63,423 nucleotides of DNA, taken from positions 1 to 63,423 of IMG/VR virus record IMGVR_UViG_3300032665_000026, one strand, 5' to 3'. A program made the position numbers and the translations under genes. Under the pieces are notes generated by a model. That model did not search any database. It was not told the origin of the DNA and saw only the letters and a program-made list of their open reading frames with translations. Positions 41,130 through 51,632 of the stretch are shown here, in pieces; the stretch's first letter is position 1, and every line of letters begins with the position of its first letter. This stretch comes from a virus. Lineage: Duplodnaviria; Caudoviricetes.

Positions 41130-41576
41130 ATGGATAAATTATCAGCAAAAATTCCCAGATTTCCCAGACGAGGCATCCCTACTGATGAAGCTGACGCCCC
41201 AATCCGCTTTAGATCTTCTAAGACTGTAATTACTGACTTAATCAATGAGGAGACTGGCGAGCCAGCAATCCCAATAGGTTCAGACCCACAAACAGAGGTA
41301 AGACGATCAGAAAATCGTCAACAAGGTAACCTAGGATTCAATAGTTATAATGAGTTCGCAAAATCTGGATTAACACAGATGTATTCATCTGATCCCGAGG
41401 CAATAATACCGAGCGCTAGAGATGAAAATGGAAGAGTAGATCCAGGTCTTACTAAATCCGGTCTAGTTGTATGCCATAGATGCAAACAGAACGTTAGCCC
41501 AAGCAGAGTAACCCCAAAGAAGCAAAGGAACGGCGAATACCACAAGGTATGCCGCAGTGGTTGTGAAGAATGGTAA
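41130..41576 (+). CDS. Hypothetical protein with C-terminal zinc-binding motif
   Basis: CHRC...H..C...C; AGGAG SD. Confidence 0.6.
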   Translation: MDKLSAKIPRFPRRGIPTDEADAPIRFRSSKTVITDLINEETGEPAIPIGSDPQTEVRRSENRQQGNLGFNSYNEFAKSGLTQMYSSDPEAIIPSARDENGRVDPGLTKSGLVVCHRCKQNVSPSRVTPKKQRNGEYHKVCRSGCEEW

Positions 41577-41600
41577 TCCTTAAAAGATTAGGAAATAATC

Positions 41601-42437
41601 ATGGTTGTTAACGAACCAGAACTTAGTAAATCTGGCCAGGATTATAAAGATTTGGCTGAAGGCTTCGCTAGAACCGTCAAAGATAACGGTGAGAAGGCCC
41701 CAGATGATGTTCGACTTGGGCGTAATGCTCAGATTTCTAAGTCAAAAGTACCTAGCTTATACAGAGGAATCAATAAGAATGCGACGAGCATCATAGAAGG
41801 TGGTAATGAAAATTACCCCGTAATGAGCTATGATCCTAATGCTGGTTCATTCCCAAATTCTCCCAGGTTCACGAAGGCTTTAAGAGATGCTTGGCCTTCT
41901 TTCACAGCTATTAGCAATAGTATGCAAAGCGGCTATTACAGCGATAAAGATGAGAAGACCATCTTACATCCTTGCGCCATTAGTAACGACGTAGGTAAGC
42001 ACTTACACGACTTTTTGAGCACTAGAAAAGCAGGAGATAGCATGGAAAGCATGCCATTTTCTGGTATAAGTAGTGTAACAAAATGCCCAACATGCACTGA
42101 TTGCATCGACTGCCATCGTCATAAAGAAGAAATGGTAAAATCTTTGCACGGTTTACTTGGCAAAGATGATGGTATGAGATTGTACCACGCTAAGAATCTA
42201 ATAACTACGTTAAATAGCTGGTCTAGTCACCACGATTCACGTGGTGGAGATGAAGACACCTGCGAAGATAGACGCTATGATGGTTGCAGCGAAGGCCATA
42301 AACGTATTGGTGGCGGCTTGAAAACATTGGCATATAAGCTAAATAGATCTTTAGAAGATGATTACGCAGCAGCACCTGGTATCGGTGGTGGTTGGCACCG
42401 TGATAAGGGTGATGGCGATGAAGGTGAAGCATACTAA
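41601..42437 (+). CDS. Hypothetical Cys/His-rich protein
   Basis: 278 aa ORF coupled to the next gene. Confidence 0.6.
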   Translation: MVVNEPELSKSGQDYKDLAEGFARTVKDNGEKAPDDVRLGRNAQISKSKVPSLYRGINKNATSIIEGGNENYPVMSYDPNAGSFPNSPRFTKALRDAWPSFTAISNSMQSGYYSDKDEKTILHPCAISNDVGKHLHDFLSTRKAGDSMESMPFSGISSVTKCPTCTDCIDCHRHKEEMVKSLHGLLGKDDGMRLYHAKNLITTLNSWSSHHDSRGGDEDTCEDRRYDGCSEGHKRIGGGLKTLAYKLNRSLEDDYAAAPGIGGGWHRDKGDGDEGEAY

Positions 42438-45133
42438 TGAAAAAAGTCAGTGATATTTTCTCTAAGAATAAAGGGACTGTTGCAGAAGACAAACCACAGG
42501 ATGCTGGCCGCGTAGGTGCATTCCCTGTGGAAATGGGCGAGATTACTGGTGCGTCTAACTGCAAATGTTTTAAGACATTCGTTAATGAGCGCACTGATCC
42601 AAGTACGGGCGCAATAACTAGTGATTTCCCTCACTCATATGCGATGGAAATGCTCAAGCACCCAACGAGGAGCATAAAGCGTTCACAACCATACCATCGT
42701 TTTGTGGTCGACAAAATCATGGGATTAATGGACGAGCCTGATGCTGTAAAAAGAGAACAGAATGTAAAAGTCCTCGAGGGCTTGCACGAGCAGTCTGGTT
42801 CTGGTGACATACGTTCTAGGAATATTGGCTTTATAAACCACTTGGTCAGCCATGCCCAAAATTCTGGTATGAGCCAAAAAGAGACTGAAGATAAAATTGG
42901 TCTGTCATCTGGAGAGATGCAATCGTTTAGATCCGCCAGAGGGGGTATGGCTTATAAGACTGAACAGGAGCAAAAGGCTAATAAAGTACGCTCAACACCA
43001 ACTTCACCCAGCTCATTCGGCATAGAAGACTGCGCCACGTGTGAACACCATCGACAGAATTTTAACAATGGCATCCTCAGCGTCAAGAAAGATCAAGCCG
43101 ATAAGTTATTAAGAAGCGGCCCTATCTCTTCAGAGTATGCGAATAGGGCTGCCGCTGGTGTGGCAAGTGATGTTTATAAGCAATGGCGTGCAGATGAAGA
43201 GCCATCTTTGGAAGCAGGTATAAGCACCCACCTTCTGCATGATTCGCTTGATAGTTGGGACAAGCACAACAAGTCTGCGCACGGCATCTCTTTTAAAGAT
43301 GTTGACCAAGATATTCAGAGTAAAGCAGATAATAAACCCAGGAAGAAAAATAGGTCTATTGGTGGATGGTCAATAGAGAGAACACCAGGTGTATCAACAA
43401 CTGATATTACTCCTTCTTTTGAAAGAAAATCATACGAGACTGAAGAAGAGCACGGGAAACGCCTCGATTATCTCACTAAGAAACTTAGAGCCGAAACACT
43501 AAGCGCCACTGAGACAAGAGAACCTCTTGTAAAACCAAAAAACTTGCTCTACCAGCCATCATCGATGGAAGGAGTAGAGAAAGCTACAGAATACCCAAGC
43601 AGACAAGGTCCCATCGTAGGTCCTTCTCCCAGCGTAGACACTGGTGCGACCATGCAAACTGGCGAGAGTTGGAATAGTGTAAGACCAATCGAAGATCCTG
43701 GCCTGAAAAGAAGAACGATATACCGTACTCCGCGTTTTAGAGCTGAGGGGTTCGAAGAAAAGGACGAGAACAAGGTTACGTACTATGAGAAAGAACGTGA
43801 GAATCCAAACCCAATGGTATACAAGCCATCGGAAGATCCTCGGTCTATCTTATTCGAGAATCCAGTACATACAGAAGAACATCCAGAGATAACTCATCCA
43901 GCATTACGTTCTGGCTTGGCGGCTAACTTACCGAGAGAACATAAGTTCTTGTTCCAGCGAGAACGTGTACTACCAGATTTGAGTGGTTACGAAGACTTCA
44001 ACAAAAAGTTGGATGCATACAAGAACCAACCGACCCATGAGTCGGTGGATACCGGTAGAACAGAAGAGATAGAAGAGCCAGTAACTGAAAAGAAGCTAAA
44101 GCTTGATGAAAGCGGCAATCCAGTAACTCGGAAAATAATTCCTGATCGTGGCAAAAAACGAACCCTCGTCCAGGCTCCTTCCGAATACGAGGAGAGCGTC
44201 TTCGAAGAAGTACCTAAATTAGACCGTAGCGGGAAGCCAGTCACTAAAAAGACCACTCGTAGAATATTTGAGCAACGCCCCATCCCTCAAGAAAGAATGC
44301 TTCCAGCACCCGTTTTGAGTGACGATGCAAAGCATAATTATGAGTCTTCATTCAAAGATGCTTTAACTAAGGCCTACCCCTATATTGATACGACCACCGA
44401 ATCAGGTAGACAAGCAGCCATGCAAACTCTTAAATCTGAGCACGCCAAGAGGATTGGTGAATTAGAGGCTATTCGTGACGAAAGCATGCAAGCAAAGAAC
44501 CGCAGAATCCAAGCAAAGAAAGATAATAAAATGATCCGCAGCACATTCAATTCAAATACTAAGTTGGCTAGCGGTATTGGTGCTGCCATTGTTAATCATG
44601 TCGCAACACACGGTGTCGATGGCGTTAAACAACTCGCCAATCATGTCGTCGACTATGCCATGGGAAAGACACATAGCTCCAACGCTGGCACATGCCCCAT
44701 AACAGTTGCAAATACACCTGGCATTCCCAGTGGTGTTAACGCTCAAAGTTATGTTCAAGCACAGTGCGATAACTGGCGCCAGGGTGTAATTAATAACGTA
44801 ACCAAAGACCAGAATGGTAGCGGCGCTGCTCACATGCCAGGGAAAGTCATGGATTTCTTGAAAGGTACGTTCCTTGTCGGTAACGGTGCAGCAGCAGTCG
44901 CCGTAAGAAATAAGCTAAAAGAGCGTGAAAATAGTCGAAAGAGTGGATCTCGTGTATCTGCTAATATAGACTCTATACAAGATAAGTTGTCAGCGGCCAA
45001 GAAGAATGTTATCTGTACCGACTGTGGTGCTAAGGGCTGCGAAGGTGACCCAGCATGCCGCCAGCGTGTATTAGAAAAAATGCGTGGTGTAGCCGCTGAT
45101 AACTCTTTCAATACAATAGAACACAACAGCTGA
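42437..45133 (+). CDS. Large hydrophilic hypothetical protein (possible head-internal protein)
   Basis: 898 aa, charged and probably partly disordered. Confidence 0.6.
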   Translation: MKKVSDIFSKNKGTVAEDKPQDAGRVGAFPVEMGEITGASNCKCFKTFVNERTDPSTGAITSDFPHSYAMEMLKHPTRSIKRSQPYHRFVVDKIMGLMDEPDAVKREQNVKVLEGLHEQSGSGDIRSRNIGFINHLVSHAQNSGMSQKETEDKIGLSSGEMQSFRSARGGMAYKTEQEQKANKVRSTPTSPSSFGIEDCATCEHHRQNFNNGILSVKKDQADKLLRSGPISSEYANRAAAGVASDVYKQWRADEEPSLEAGISTHLLHDSLDSWDKHNKSAHGISFKDVDQDIQSKADNKPRKKNRSIGGWSIERTPGVSTTDITPSFERKSYETEEEHGKRLDYLTKKLRAETLSATETREPLVKPKNLLYQPSSMEGVEKATEYPSRQGPIVGPSPSVDTGATMQTGESWNSVRPIEDPGLKRRTIYRTPRFRAEGFEEKDENKVTYYEKERENPNPMVYKPSEDPRSILFENPVHTEEHPEITHPALRSGLAANLPREHKFLFQRERVLPDLSGYEDFNKKLDAYKNQPTHESVDTGRTEEIEEPVTEKKLKLDESGNPVTRKIIPDRGKKRTLVQAPSEYEESVFEEVPKLDRSGKPVTKKTTRRIFEQRPIPQERMLPAPVLSDDAKHNYESSFKDALTKAYPYIDTTTESGRQAAMQTLKSEHAKRIGELEAIRDESMQAKNRRIQAKKDNKMIRSTFNSNTKLASGIGAAIVNHVATHGVDGVKQLANHVVDYAMGKTHSSNAGTCPITVANTPGIPSGVNAQSYVQAQCDNWRQGVINNVTKDQNGSGAAHMPGKVMDFLKGTFLVGNGAAAVAVRNKLKERENSRKSGSRVSANIDSIQDKLSAAKKNVICTDCGAKGCEGDPACRQRVLEKMRGVAADNSFNTIEHNS

Positions 45134-45146
45134 GAAAGAATAAACA

Positions 45147-45632
45147 ATGACTACTGACCCATACGACCTGCCAGGAATTCGCCCTGAGGATGTAAAGCAA
45201 ACACCTGCTCAAATTGCACAGGTTAATGCTTATCTTGCTCAACAGAAGGCTGAAGAAGAAGCACTCGGTAAGGAGCAGCCCATTGAGCTTATGGAATCAG
45301 AACTCATGGGTGTTTGGAAGCTCCTGCAGGAACTCCAGGACAAATATGGTTATCGCAAGGGTAGCTTCGAAAACCTTACATCCATGCGCAATGAAGCTGA
45401 TGAAAAGTTCGCTTTGCTTGGTTTTCAAGTCGTTGTAGACTGGGTAATGCCAGGAATTAGTTCAACTCCTACTCCACCTACCATTACTATCGTAGGGCGC
45501 ATCGATGGTAGCGTATTCAACAATGAACAGAACCGTTATGAGACTGGTAAGGGTGTCGCTGACACATATTACGAGGCTAAGCGTGCAAGCCTTGGGATGA
45601 GCAGTAAGAAGCTCATCCTCCCCGGAATGTAA
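45147..45632 (+). CDS. Hypothetical protein
   Basis: 161 aa in-strand ORF. Confidence 0.6.
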   Translation: MTTDPYDLPGIRPEDVKQTPAQIAQVNAYLAQQKAEEEALGKEQPIELMESELMGVWKLLQELQDKYGYRKGSFENLTSMRNEADEKFALLGFQVVVDWVMPGISSTPTPPTITIVGRIDGSVFNNEQNRYETGKGVADTYYEAKRASLGMSSKKLILPGM

Positions 45633-45642
45633 CAGGTAACCT

Positions 45643-47217
45643 ATGCTTGATGATCAAATACAGAATATAAAACTGGCAATCATCGAGAAGCATACACCTG
45701 ACTTCTTGGAAGCTAGGAACAAGAAACACCAAGTAAATATGTGGTATGAAAAGCCTGGTGGTGAACCAGAACCTCGTACTGTTATACCATCTGAACTTGG
45801 TAAAGATCCAAAGAGTGGTAAAACATACCTCAGAGCTTTTTGCCTAAGCAGAAAAGACTGGCGCAGTTTTAGGTTAGACCGTGTGCATAGTATAATCTCT
45901 ACAGAGCCTAGAAGTATTGAGCCACCGGAAGATCCCACTCCATTCTCTCCTAAGGGCAATAAGTCTTCGGTTGATACAACGGTTGAAGAAAAGCCAAAGT
46001 ATGAACACCAAGGATATTTCCACGGCGTGTTAGAAATGCCCGAGGACATCGGTGATAATAAATCTCCATCTAAAAAGGATGGCATAACTAAAGAAGAAGC
46101 TGATGAAGCTAAAGGTGATGCTGGTTTAAATCTACCTTCATATTCTTTTGCCAGAGGTCTTGGTATCAGCCATTCTGATGTTATGGATGCTAACAGCTGG
46201 GACAAGGGGAAACGTCCAACTAAGCATATATTACATAACATCGGTGGAAAGAGGGGTCTCTTCGACTATGATCGTCATCTTGATGATTATGCCAATGCTA
46301 GGCGATCAGGTGCTAGCCACGAACAGATTAAAGAAGCTTACTCCAAAGGCGTAGACTGCCGCACTTATGTTGCTGGTAAGACTGCTGGTATGCCACATGG
46401 TGAGATATTAGATACCCATTCCCGTGGTTTAACCCCATGGGAAATAAGACATAGGGAACAAAAGAGAAAAAGCGTGGAAGATTATAAAGATACTTTCGAT
46501 GTTGGCAGTAGCGAATCAAAAGTTGAGCCAACTGATGAAGAATATAATCATGTTAAAAGTCTTGATGTAGATCCCCAGAGTTTTGATAAGGCAACGTATA
46601 AAAGGTTACGTAACATTGGTGCAACTCATAACAATTGCGTAGAAGCATTGACTGATGGAATCCCATTGGAAGATTATGAGACAGCGTACAAGAACAATGG
46701 TGACCATTCCAAGGCCAAACAAGAGGCTCTAGGATACCAAAAGAATTACGCCCAAACTATCAGCGACAACGAAAAGCTTTTAAACTCAACGGGTGGAAGG
46801 CACCTTCAGGGCGCGACCATATACAGTTCAAATGTTGAGCATGATGATGATGTAAGAGACCTTTTTGGTCACCATTTGGCATTAAAGAATAGACCCAAAC
46901 TTGGTGGTAATTACATAGACACACCATGGCGTAGGCGTGCTAACGAGTGGATGTTGAATGAGTGCTCTAAGTTAGACCCATCGTTGAAAGAACATGTCAG
47001 TAATACTGAAGTTAATGATGATAGCATGATATTACCGATAGAATCCTACTACGATAAGACTAACAAGCTTACGAATCACTATCGTCTAAAGCAAGCACAG
47101 AGTAGAACAATAGGTGAATTTGTTAAGAATAGAAGAGCAGTTAACTCACTGGTTAACCTAGGCAGCAGTCAATTCTTGCCTTCAGACTATCAGCACGATA
47201 AGTACGAGGAAGAATAA
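45643..47217 (+). CDS. WYL-domain protein with helical repeats
   Basis: MWYEKPGGEPEPRTVIP...YLRAFCLSRKDWRSFRLDRV is a WYL signature. Confidence 0.8.
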   Translation: MLDDQIQNIKLAIIEKHTPDFLEARNKKHQVNMWYEKPGGEPEPRTVIPSELGKDPKSGKTYLRAFCLSRKDWRSFRLDRVHSIISTEPRSIEPPEDPTPFSPKGNKSSVDTTVEEKPKYEHQGYFHGVLEMPEDIGDNKSPSKKDGITKEEADEAKGDAGLNLPSYSFARGLGISHSDVMDANSWDKGKRPTKHILHNIGGKRGLFDYDRHLDDYANARRSGASHEQIKEAYSKGVDCRTYVAGKTAGMPHGEILDTHSRGLTPWEIRHREQKRKSVEDYKDTFDVGSSESKVEPTDEEYNHVKSLDVDPQSFDKATYKRLRNIGATHNNCVEALTDGIPLEDYETAYKNNGDHSKAKQEALGYQKNYAQTISDNEKLLNSTGGRHLQGATIYSSNVEHDDDVRDLFGHHLALKNRPKLGGNYIDTPWRRRANEWMLNECSKLDPSLKEHVSNTEVNDDSMILPIESYYDKTNKLTNHYRLKQAQSRTIGEFVKNRRAVNSLVNLGSSQFLPSDYQHDKYEEE

Positions 47218-47948
47218 TGTTTAATGCCAAGTACGCCAATTCTGAAGAGTTCGACAATAGCATCTTCGAGAGGCCTGAAGGAGAACGTCTATATAGATCA
47301 GTCCCTAAGCTAATCGTTGGGTTCGATACGGAAACTACTGGTTTTAAGCCTGTTAAAGAAGAACCAGTATCTTATGGTATGGTTGTTTATAGGCATGGTA
47401 AAAAAACTGATGAACATGAGCACTTTCTAGTACATAATGGTTCTTTCCCAAACTCACCAGGTGCCACGAGCGTTCACCACTTTACCGATGAAGATTTAGA
47501 ATCTAGTTATAGCGGCAACATTATAAAAGATCACACCGGGAATATATTCAGCCCTGCTTTGCACCCACAGGTTGGTATTAATAGATTCGTTCAAAGATTA
47601 GCACACTACCAGAAACAAGGTGCTGTTTTCTTAGGTTCGAATCTCGGTTTCGACCATAATATGCTAGAGCACAATTATGCTAGATACAATCGCTTACCTA
47701 TTAGCTCTAGTGGGTTTGATCTTGCTGATGCTAGAAAAAGAACTATAAATACTGACGTGCATGAAGGTGTTATAGAACCTAGAGCAATTAAAGATAGAAA
47801 GCATCCAGGCTATAAATCGCATGGCCTTGAACAATTATGTTCAGATTACGGCGTCGATTTGGGTAGACACACTTCAATGGATGATGCCAACGCAGCAGTT
47901 AAAGTGTTCCTTAAACAAGTAGATCGAGTGAAGCGAGAAGGACGATGA
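47217..47948 (+). CDS. DEDDh 3'-5' exonuclease (DnaQ-like)
   Basis: FDTETTG, NLGFD, HTSMDDA. Confidence 0.9.
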   Translation: MFNAKYANSEEFDNSIFERPEGERLYRSVPKLIVGFDTETTGFKPVKEEPVSYGMVVYRHGKKTDEHEHFLVHNGSFPNSPGATSVHHFTDEDLESSYSGNIIKDHTGNIFSPALHPQVGINRFVQRLAHYQKQGAVFLGSNLGFDHNMLEHNYARYNRLPISSSGFDLADARKRTINTDVHEGVIEPRAIKDRKHPGYKSHGLEQLCSDYGVDLGRHTSMDDANAAVKVFLKQVDRVKREGR

Positions 47949-48208
47949 CAGAATGGAACATACGTTATGCATCTGTTGGTGGTAGCGGTATAGATTATAA
48001 AAAGATCTCACCATTTTGCATAGAAAGCAAGAGTTATTGCCCATCTTGTAAACATCTAGACCAAGTTGAAGCAAAGAATAAAGACAAAGATGGCAAAGTG
48101 ATCGATAAAGATCACGCAAAAACCATTAAAACAGTTCGTGGAATACACAAAGGTGATATAAATACTATGTTACCAAAAGCAGCTAACAAAGAAGGAAACA
48201 ATGCGTAA
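47945..48208 (+). CDS. Hypothetical protein with WNIRYA leader
   Basis: ATGA overlap with the previous gene. Confidence 0.55.
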   Translation: MTEWNIRYASVGGSGIDYKKISPFCIESKSYCPSCKHLDQVEAKNKDKDGKVIDKDHAKTIKTVRGIHKGDINTMLPKAANKEGNNA

Positions 48209-48563
48209 AGTATCTAGAGCAGAAGAACTTTCAACTACTATTAACTTCCACACGGCTAGTGATAGGTGCGAGGGTCCTAACTGTCTTAATAAGCCTGAGC
48301 CTGGTGCTAGCCATTGTGCTTCATGCGCTGATAAGGTAGCTAATCCAACCAGTCGTCCATACGAAGTATCGAAGACAGCTGGCGCATGGCCTAGCGAAGT
48401 AGATCACAACGCTCACATTTCTAGCATGGAAACATTGGCAGATCACCACTCAAAGGGTGTTGCTTGGCACTCTAAGCAAGGTGATAAGGTTCAGGCTGGT
48501 CGTCACGCTGCTGCACTTGCTGCTCTCACTGGTGCCATTGAAGCTTGCAAGATTGCGAGATAA
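48201..48563 (+). CDS. Hypothetical protein with zinc-finger-like Cys cluster
   Basis: CEGPNC...HCASC. Confidence 0.55.
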   Translation: MRKVSRAEELSTTINFHTASDRCEGPNCLNKPEPGASHCASCADKVANPTSRPYEVSKTAGAWPSEVDHNAHISSMETLADHHSKGVAWHSKQGDKVQAGRHAAALAALTGAIEACKIAR

Positions 48564-48565
48564 TC

Positions 48566-48928
48566 ATGAATTGGAACTTACGTTACGCTAAAGATAAAGA
48601 GAGTGGCAAATTTAAGCCACCAGCATCAGTGCAATCCGCTGCCAAGCATGCACTCAAACTAATTGAACAAGGTAAAGCTGGTGACGGTTTTACTAGCGTA
48701 GGTCGTCACCGCGCCCATCAGCTTGCCGCTGGTGAGATGGTTCCTCTTAGTGACATCAAGCGTATGCACTCATACTTCTCACGCCATGGTGTTGACAAGA
48801 AGGGTAAAGACTGGAACAATGATAGCCCAGGTAAGGTAGCATGGCTTGCATGGGGTGGTGACGCTGGTAAATCATGGGCAGCTAGCATCGTAAAGAAGCA
48901 TGGCGGCGGAAAGAAAGAGAAAGACTAA
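48566..48928 (+). CDS. Phage head-associated domain protein
   Basis: VGRHRAHQL...IKRMHSYFSRH...AWLAWGGDAG resembles a domain I recall from phage head-morphogenesis genes. Confidence 0.6.
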   Translation: MNWNLRYAKDKESGKFKPPASVQSAAKHALKLIEQGKAGDGFTSVGRHRAHQLAAGEMVPLSDIKRMHSYFSRHGVDKKGKDWNNDSPGKVAWLAWGGDAGKSWAASIVKKHGGGKKEKD

Positions 48929-49368
48929 TGAAATTTAACGAACGATACGCTAATGAAAAGACTGCTAACCAGTACATTGAGAAGCAGGGCGATAAGTGGG
49001 TCATTACACAAAAAGGTACCGGTAAGGTACTGTCGCACCACGACACAAAAGAAAAGGCTGAAGCCTCTTTCGCTGCTATGATGGTAAGTAAGCACGGTAG
49101 TGGTGATAGAAAAGAAGCCGCTCTAGGTTGCTTGAGCTGTGGTCGTCCTAAGGGCACCAAGCCTGGGAAATGTGGTAAAGAGGGTGGCCAAGAGTGCAAA
49201 GATGCTATGAAGGAAAAGGCCAGAGGCAATGCTGCTAATGCTACTAACTACGCTGACCATAGTATAGGTGATTCCTACACTGTCGTTAGCCATGTCTCGG
49301 CTGATGAATCTGACCATAACACTAGCCCATGGCTTGAGCGTTATAGTAACCTTGATTCAGATTGGTAG
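48928..49368 (+). CDS. Hypothetical protein with FNERYA leader
   Basis: IEKQGDKWVI...GKVLSHHDTKEKA. Confidence 0.55.
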   Translation: MKFNERYANEKTANQYIEKQGDKWVITQKGTGKVLSHHDTKEKAEASFAAMMVSKHGSGDRKEAALGCLSCGRPKGTKPGKCGKEGGQECKDAMKEKARGNAANATNYADHSIGDSYTVVSHVSADESDHNTSPWLERYSNLDSDW

Positions 49369-49371
49369 ACC

Positions 49372-51366
49372 TTGCCAAAGATAACTAAGAATTCTAATGC
49401 CAATATCTTACGTGGTCAAAATGACTTCTTTGAGATAGCGAAGAAAAGCCTCAAAGAGAACCCAGAGCTACCAGACATTGTTACGTTCGCTGAGCACCCC
49501 GAATTCTTAGGCCGTAAGCTATACCCTCGTCAAAAGACTTTACTCCGACTTATGTGCCTGGAAACAGAACACATGACAGACTATGACTATGAAGTCATTG
49601 ATGAATGGACAAAGAATTTTGATCGCAATGGAGTGGCAATTGGTGTCTCCCCTGATGTTCTTGAGCGCGTAGATTACCTTAAAGCAAATGGCTATAAACA
49701 TTTCCGTGAAGTAGTCAATATCACTGGTCGTCGTGGTGGTAAAGGCCACATTGGTGGTATCATGGGTGCGTATCTTAATTGGCAGCTAATTATGCTAGAT
49801 GATCCCCAATGGTATTACGGCATCGATAAATCTAAAGATATTTATACGTTGTGCGTAGCTACCAACATTGAACAGGCTAAGCGCTACCAATTTGCTGACC
49901 TTTCTAACACGATCATTGATGCTCCTTGCTTCCAGCCATATATCGCTGACTCTAAAGAGCATTTCCTTGCGTTGCGTACTCCTGCAGACATTAGACGTAT
50001 TGCAGCATTCGAAGCTAGAGGTCTACGACCAAGTCGTTTGATCGCTAGTGTTCGGAATATGGCTGTTACGAGTAACTCTAAAGCCAGTCGTGGTGCTACG
50101 GTATACTCAGTTCTGTTCGACGAGTTCGCACACATGATCGAAGGTACAGGTGGCGCCAGAACGTCTGAAGAAGTCTATAACGCTATTACTCCCGCATTGG
50201 ACCAATTCAACAAAGATGGTTTTATCTATATACCGTCGTCACCATTCACAAAAGTTGGTAAAGCGTATAACTTGTACGAGTCTGCCCTAGAGCGTAACGT
50301 AGAAGAGAACACTCCCGCTTATCCCAACATGATGATGGCTCAGCTCCCTTCATGGGGCCCCTATGAAGACTGGGCAGACCCACGAGCAACAGGTGGGTTT
50401 AATTTCCGTGGTGCTCCTCAAGAATATGATGAAAGCATGAAACTCCTTGAAAAACGTGAGCCTGATGCTTTTAAGGTAGAGCGGATGAGCCAGTGGGCTG
50501 AAGTTACCAACGCTTACCTTAACCCTAAGATGGTTGAGCGTATGTTCGAACCATTCATTGACTCTAAGGGTGAGACTCGTATCCTCGAGCCAGTTTTCGA
50601 AGGTAAGTTTAGCGTAATTTATCAGGGGCACTGCGACCCATCGAAGAGTGGTGCTAACACTGCTGCGATGATTGGTCACGTTGAAAAGATGTATGACGAA
50701 GAAGATGGCGAAGAATGGTACCACGTTATCATTGACTGGATTAAGGTATGGGATCCTGAAGACTATGAAGACCATCAGATCGACTATGAGCAGGTAGAAG
50801 AAGAGCTTGTAGACATACTATGCTCGTTCCGTACTACTAAAGTATTCTCATTCGACCAATATGGTGCTTTCGTTACGCTTCCTAGACTAAAGAAGCGTCT
50901 ATCGCAGCTTAACCCACCACATAAGGTTAAGATACGTGAAGAAAAGTTCTCCAAGGAAAGCAACATGAAGCGTGCAGAACGTTTCAAATCTGCTATTGGT
51001 ATGAACTGGATCCACTCATACCGAGATGACTTTGGTCCTGATGGCACTAGCTTATTAGAACAAGAACTTAAATTCCTTCAAGAGATTAATGGTAGGGTAC
51101 GTAAGCAGGACTTTGGTCCTATTCGCACAGAAGACCTCTCGGACTGCATCATGGTTATTGTTGATGGTTTGCTCGAAGACAACTTCGTTAAGCTAGAGAT
51201 GCGTGATCGTCTTAGCAACACCAATCTATACCCTGGTTCTCAAGGTGGCTATCACACACGTAATTCTAGTGATATGCAACCTGTCTCTGCCAGAGATAGG
51301 CTAAGAGTATTCGGTGCTCAGCGAGCAAACCGTGACTACGGTGGTATGTCAAGAGGCCGACGATGA
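49372..51366 (+). CDS. terL: Terminase large subunit
   Basis: LYPRQ, GRRGGKG (Walker A), VLFDEFAH (Walker B), HCDPS, FDQY, EDLSD nuclease residues. Confidence 0.88.
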   Translation: MPKITKNSNANILRGQNDFFEIAKKSLKENPELPDIVTFAEHPEFLGRKLYPRQKTLLRLMCLETEHMTDYDYEVIDEWTKNFDRNGVAIGVSPDVLERVDYLKANGYKHFREVVNITGRRGGKGHIGGIMGAYLNWQLIMLDDPQWYYGIDKSKDIYTLCVATNIEQAKRYQFADLSNTIIDAPCFQPYIADSKEHFLALRTPADIRRIAAFEARGLRPSRLIASVRNMAVTSNSKASRGATVYSVLFDEFAHMIEGTGGARTSEEVYNAITPALDQFNKDGFIYIPSSPFTKVGKAYNLYESALERNVEENTPAYPNMMMAQLPSWGPYEDWADPRATGGFNFRGAPQEYDESMKLLEKREPDAFKVERMSQWAEVTNAYLNPKMVERMFEPFIDSKGETRILEPVFEGKFSVIYQGHCDPSKSGANTAAMIGHVEKMYDEEDGEEWYHVIIDWIKVWDPEDYEDHQIDYEQVEEELVDILCSFRTTKVFSFDQYGAFVTLPRLKKRLSQLNPPHKVKIREEKFSKESNMKRAERFKSAIGMNWIHSYRDDFGPDGTSLLEQELKFLQEINGRVRKQDFGPIRTEDLSDCIMVIVDGLLEDNFVKLEMRDRLSNTNLYPGSQGGYHTRNSSDMQPVSARDRLRVFGAQRANRDYGGMSRGRR

Positions 51367-51389
51367 AAAAGTTTAGAGATATATTCTGA

Positions 51390-51416
51390 GGGTAGTTTTT
51401 GCACATACCCAGGTGC
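51390..51416 (-). ncRNA. H-type pseudoknot motif, copy 1
   Basis: GCAC-CTGGGTAT-GTGC-AAAAAC-TACCC. Confidence 0.75.
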
Positions 51417-51429
51417 GCCTTCACACGGA

Positions 51430-51624
51430 TTAATCTAATAGTGCATGAACATTGATGCACCAGTACTTATCACCAGCAAGAGCTTCCCACATGGCTAAGT
51501 TCTCGTGTTTCTTCCATTCAGCTCCAGGCACAGCAGCTTGGGCTTTATTTAAACTAGTATATAGTCCAGATATTTCCATGCTATTGTAGCTGGTATCATA
51601 GAGTAATGCATAAACTATTTTCAT
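51430..51624 (-). CDS. Hypothetical protein
   Basis: Last gene of the leftward unit. Confidence 0.55.
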   Translation of the reverse strand: MKIVYALLYDTSYNSMEISGLYTSLNKAQAAVPGAEWKKHENLAMWEALAGDKYWCINVHALLD

Positions 51625-51632
51625 GTTTATAT

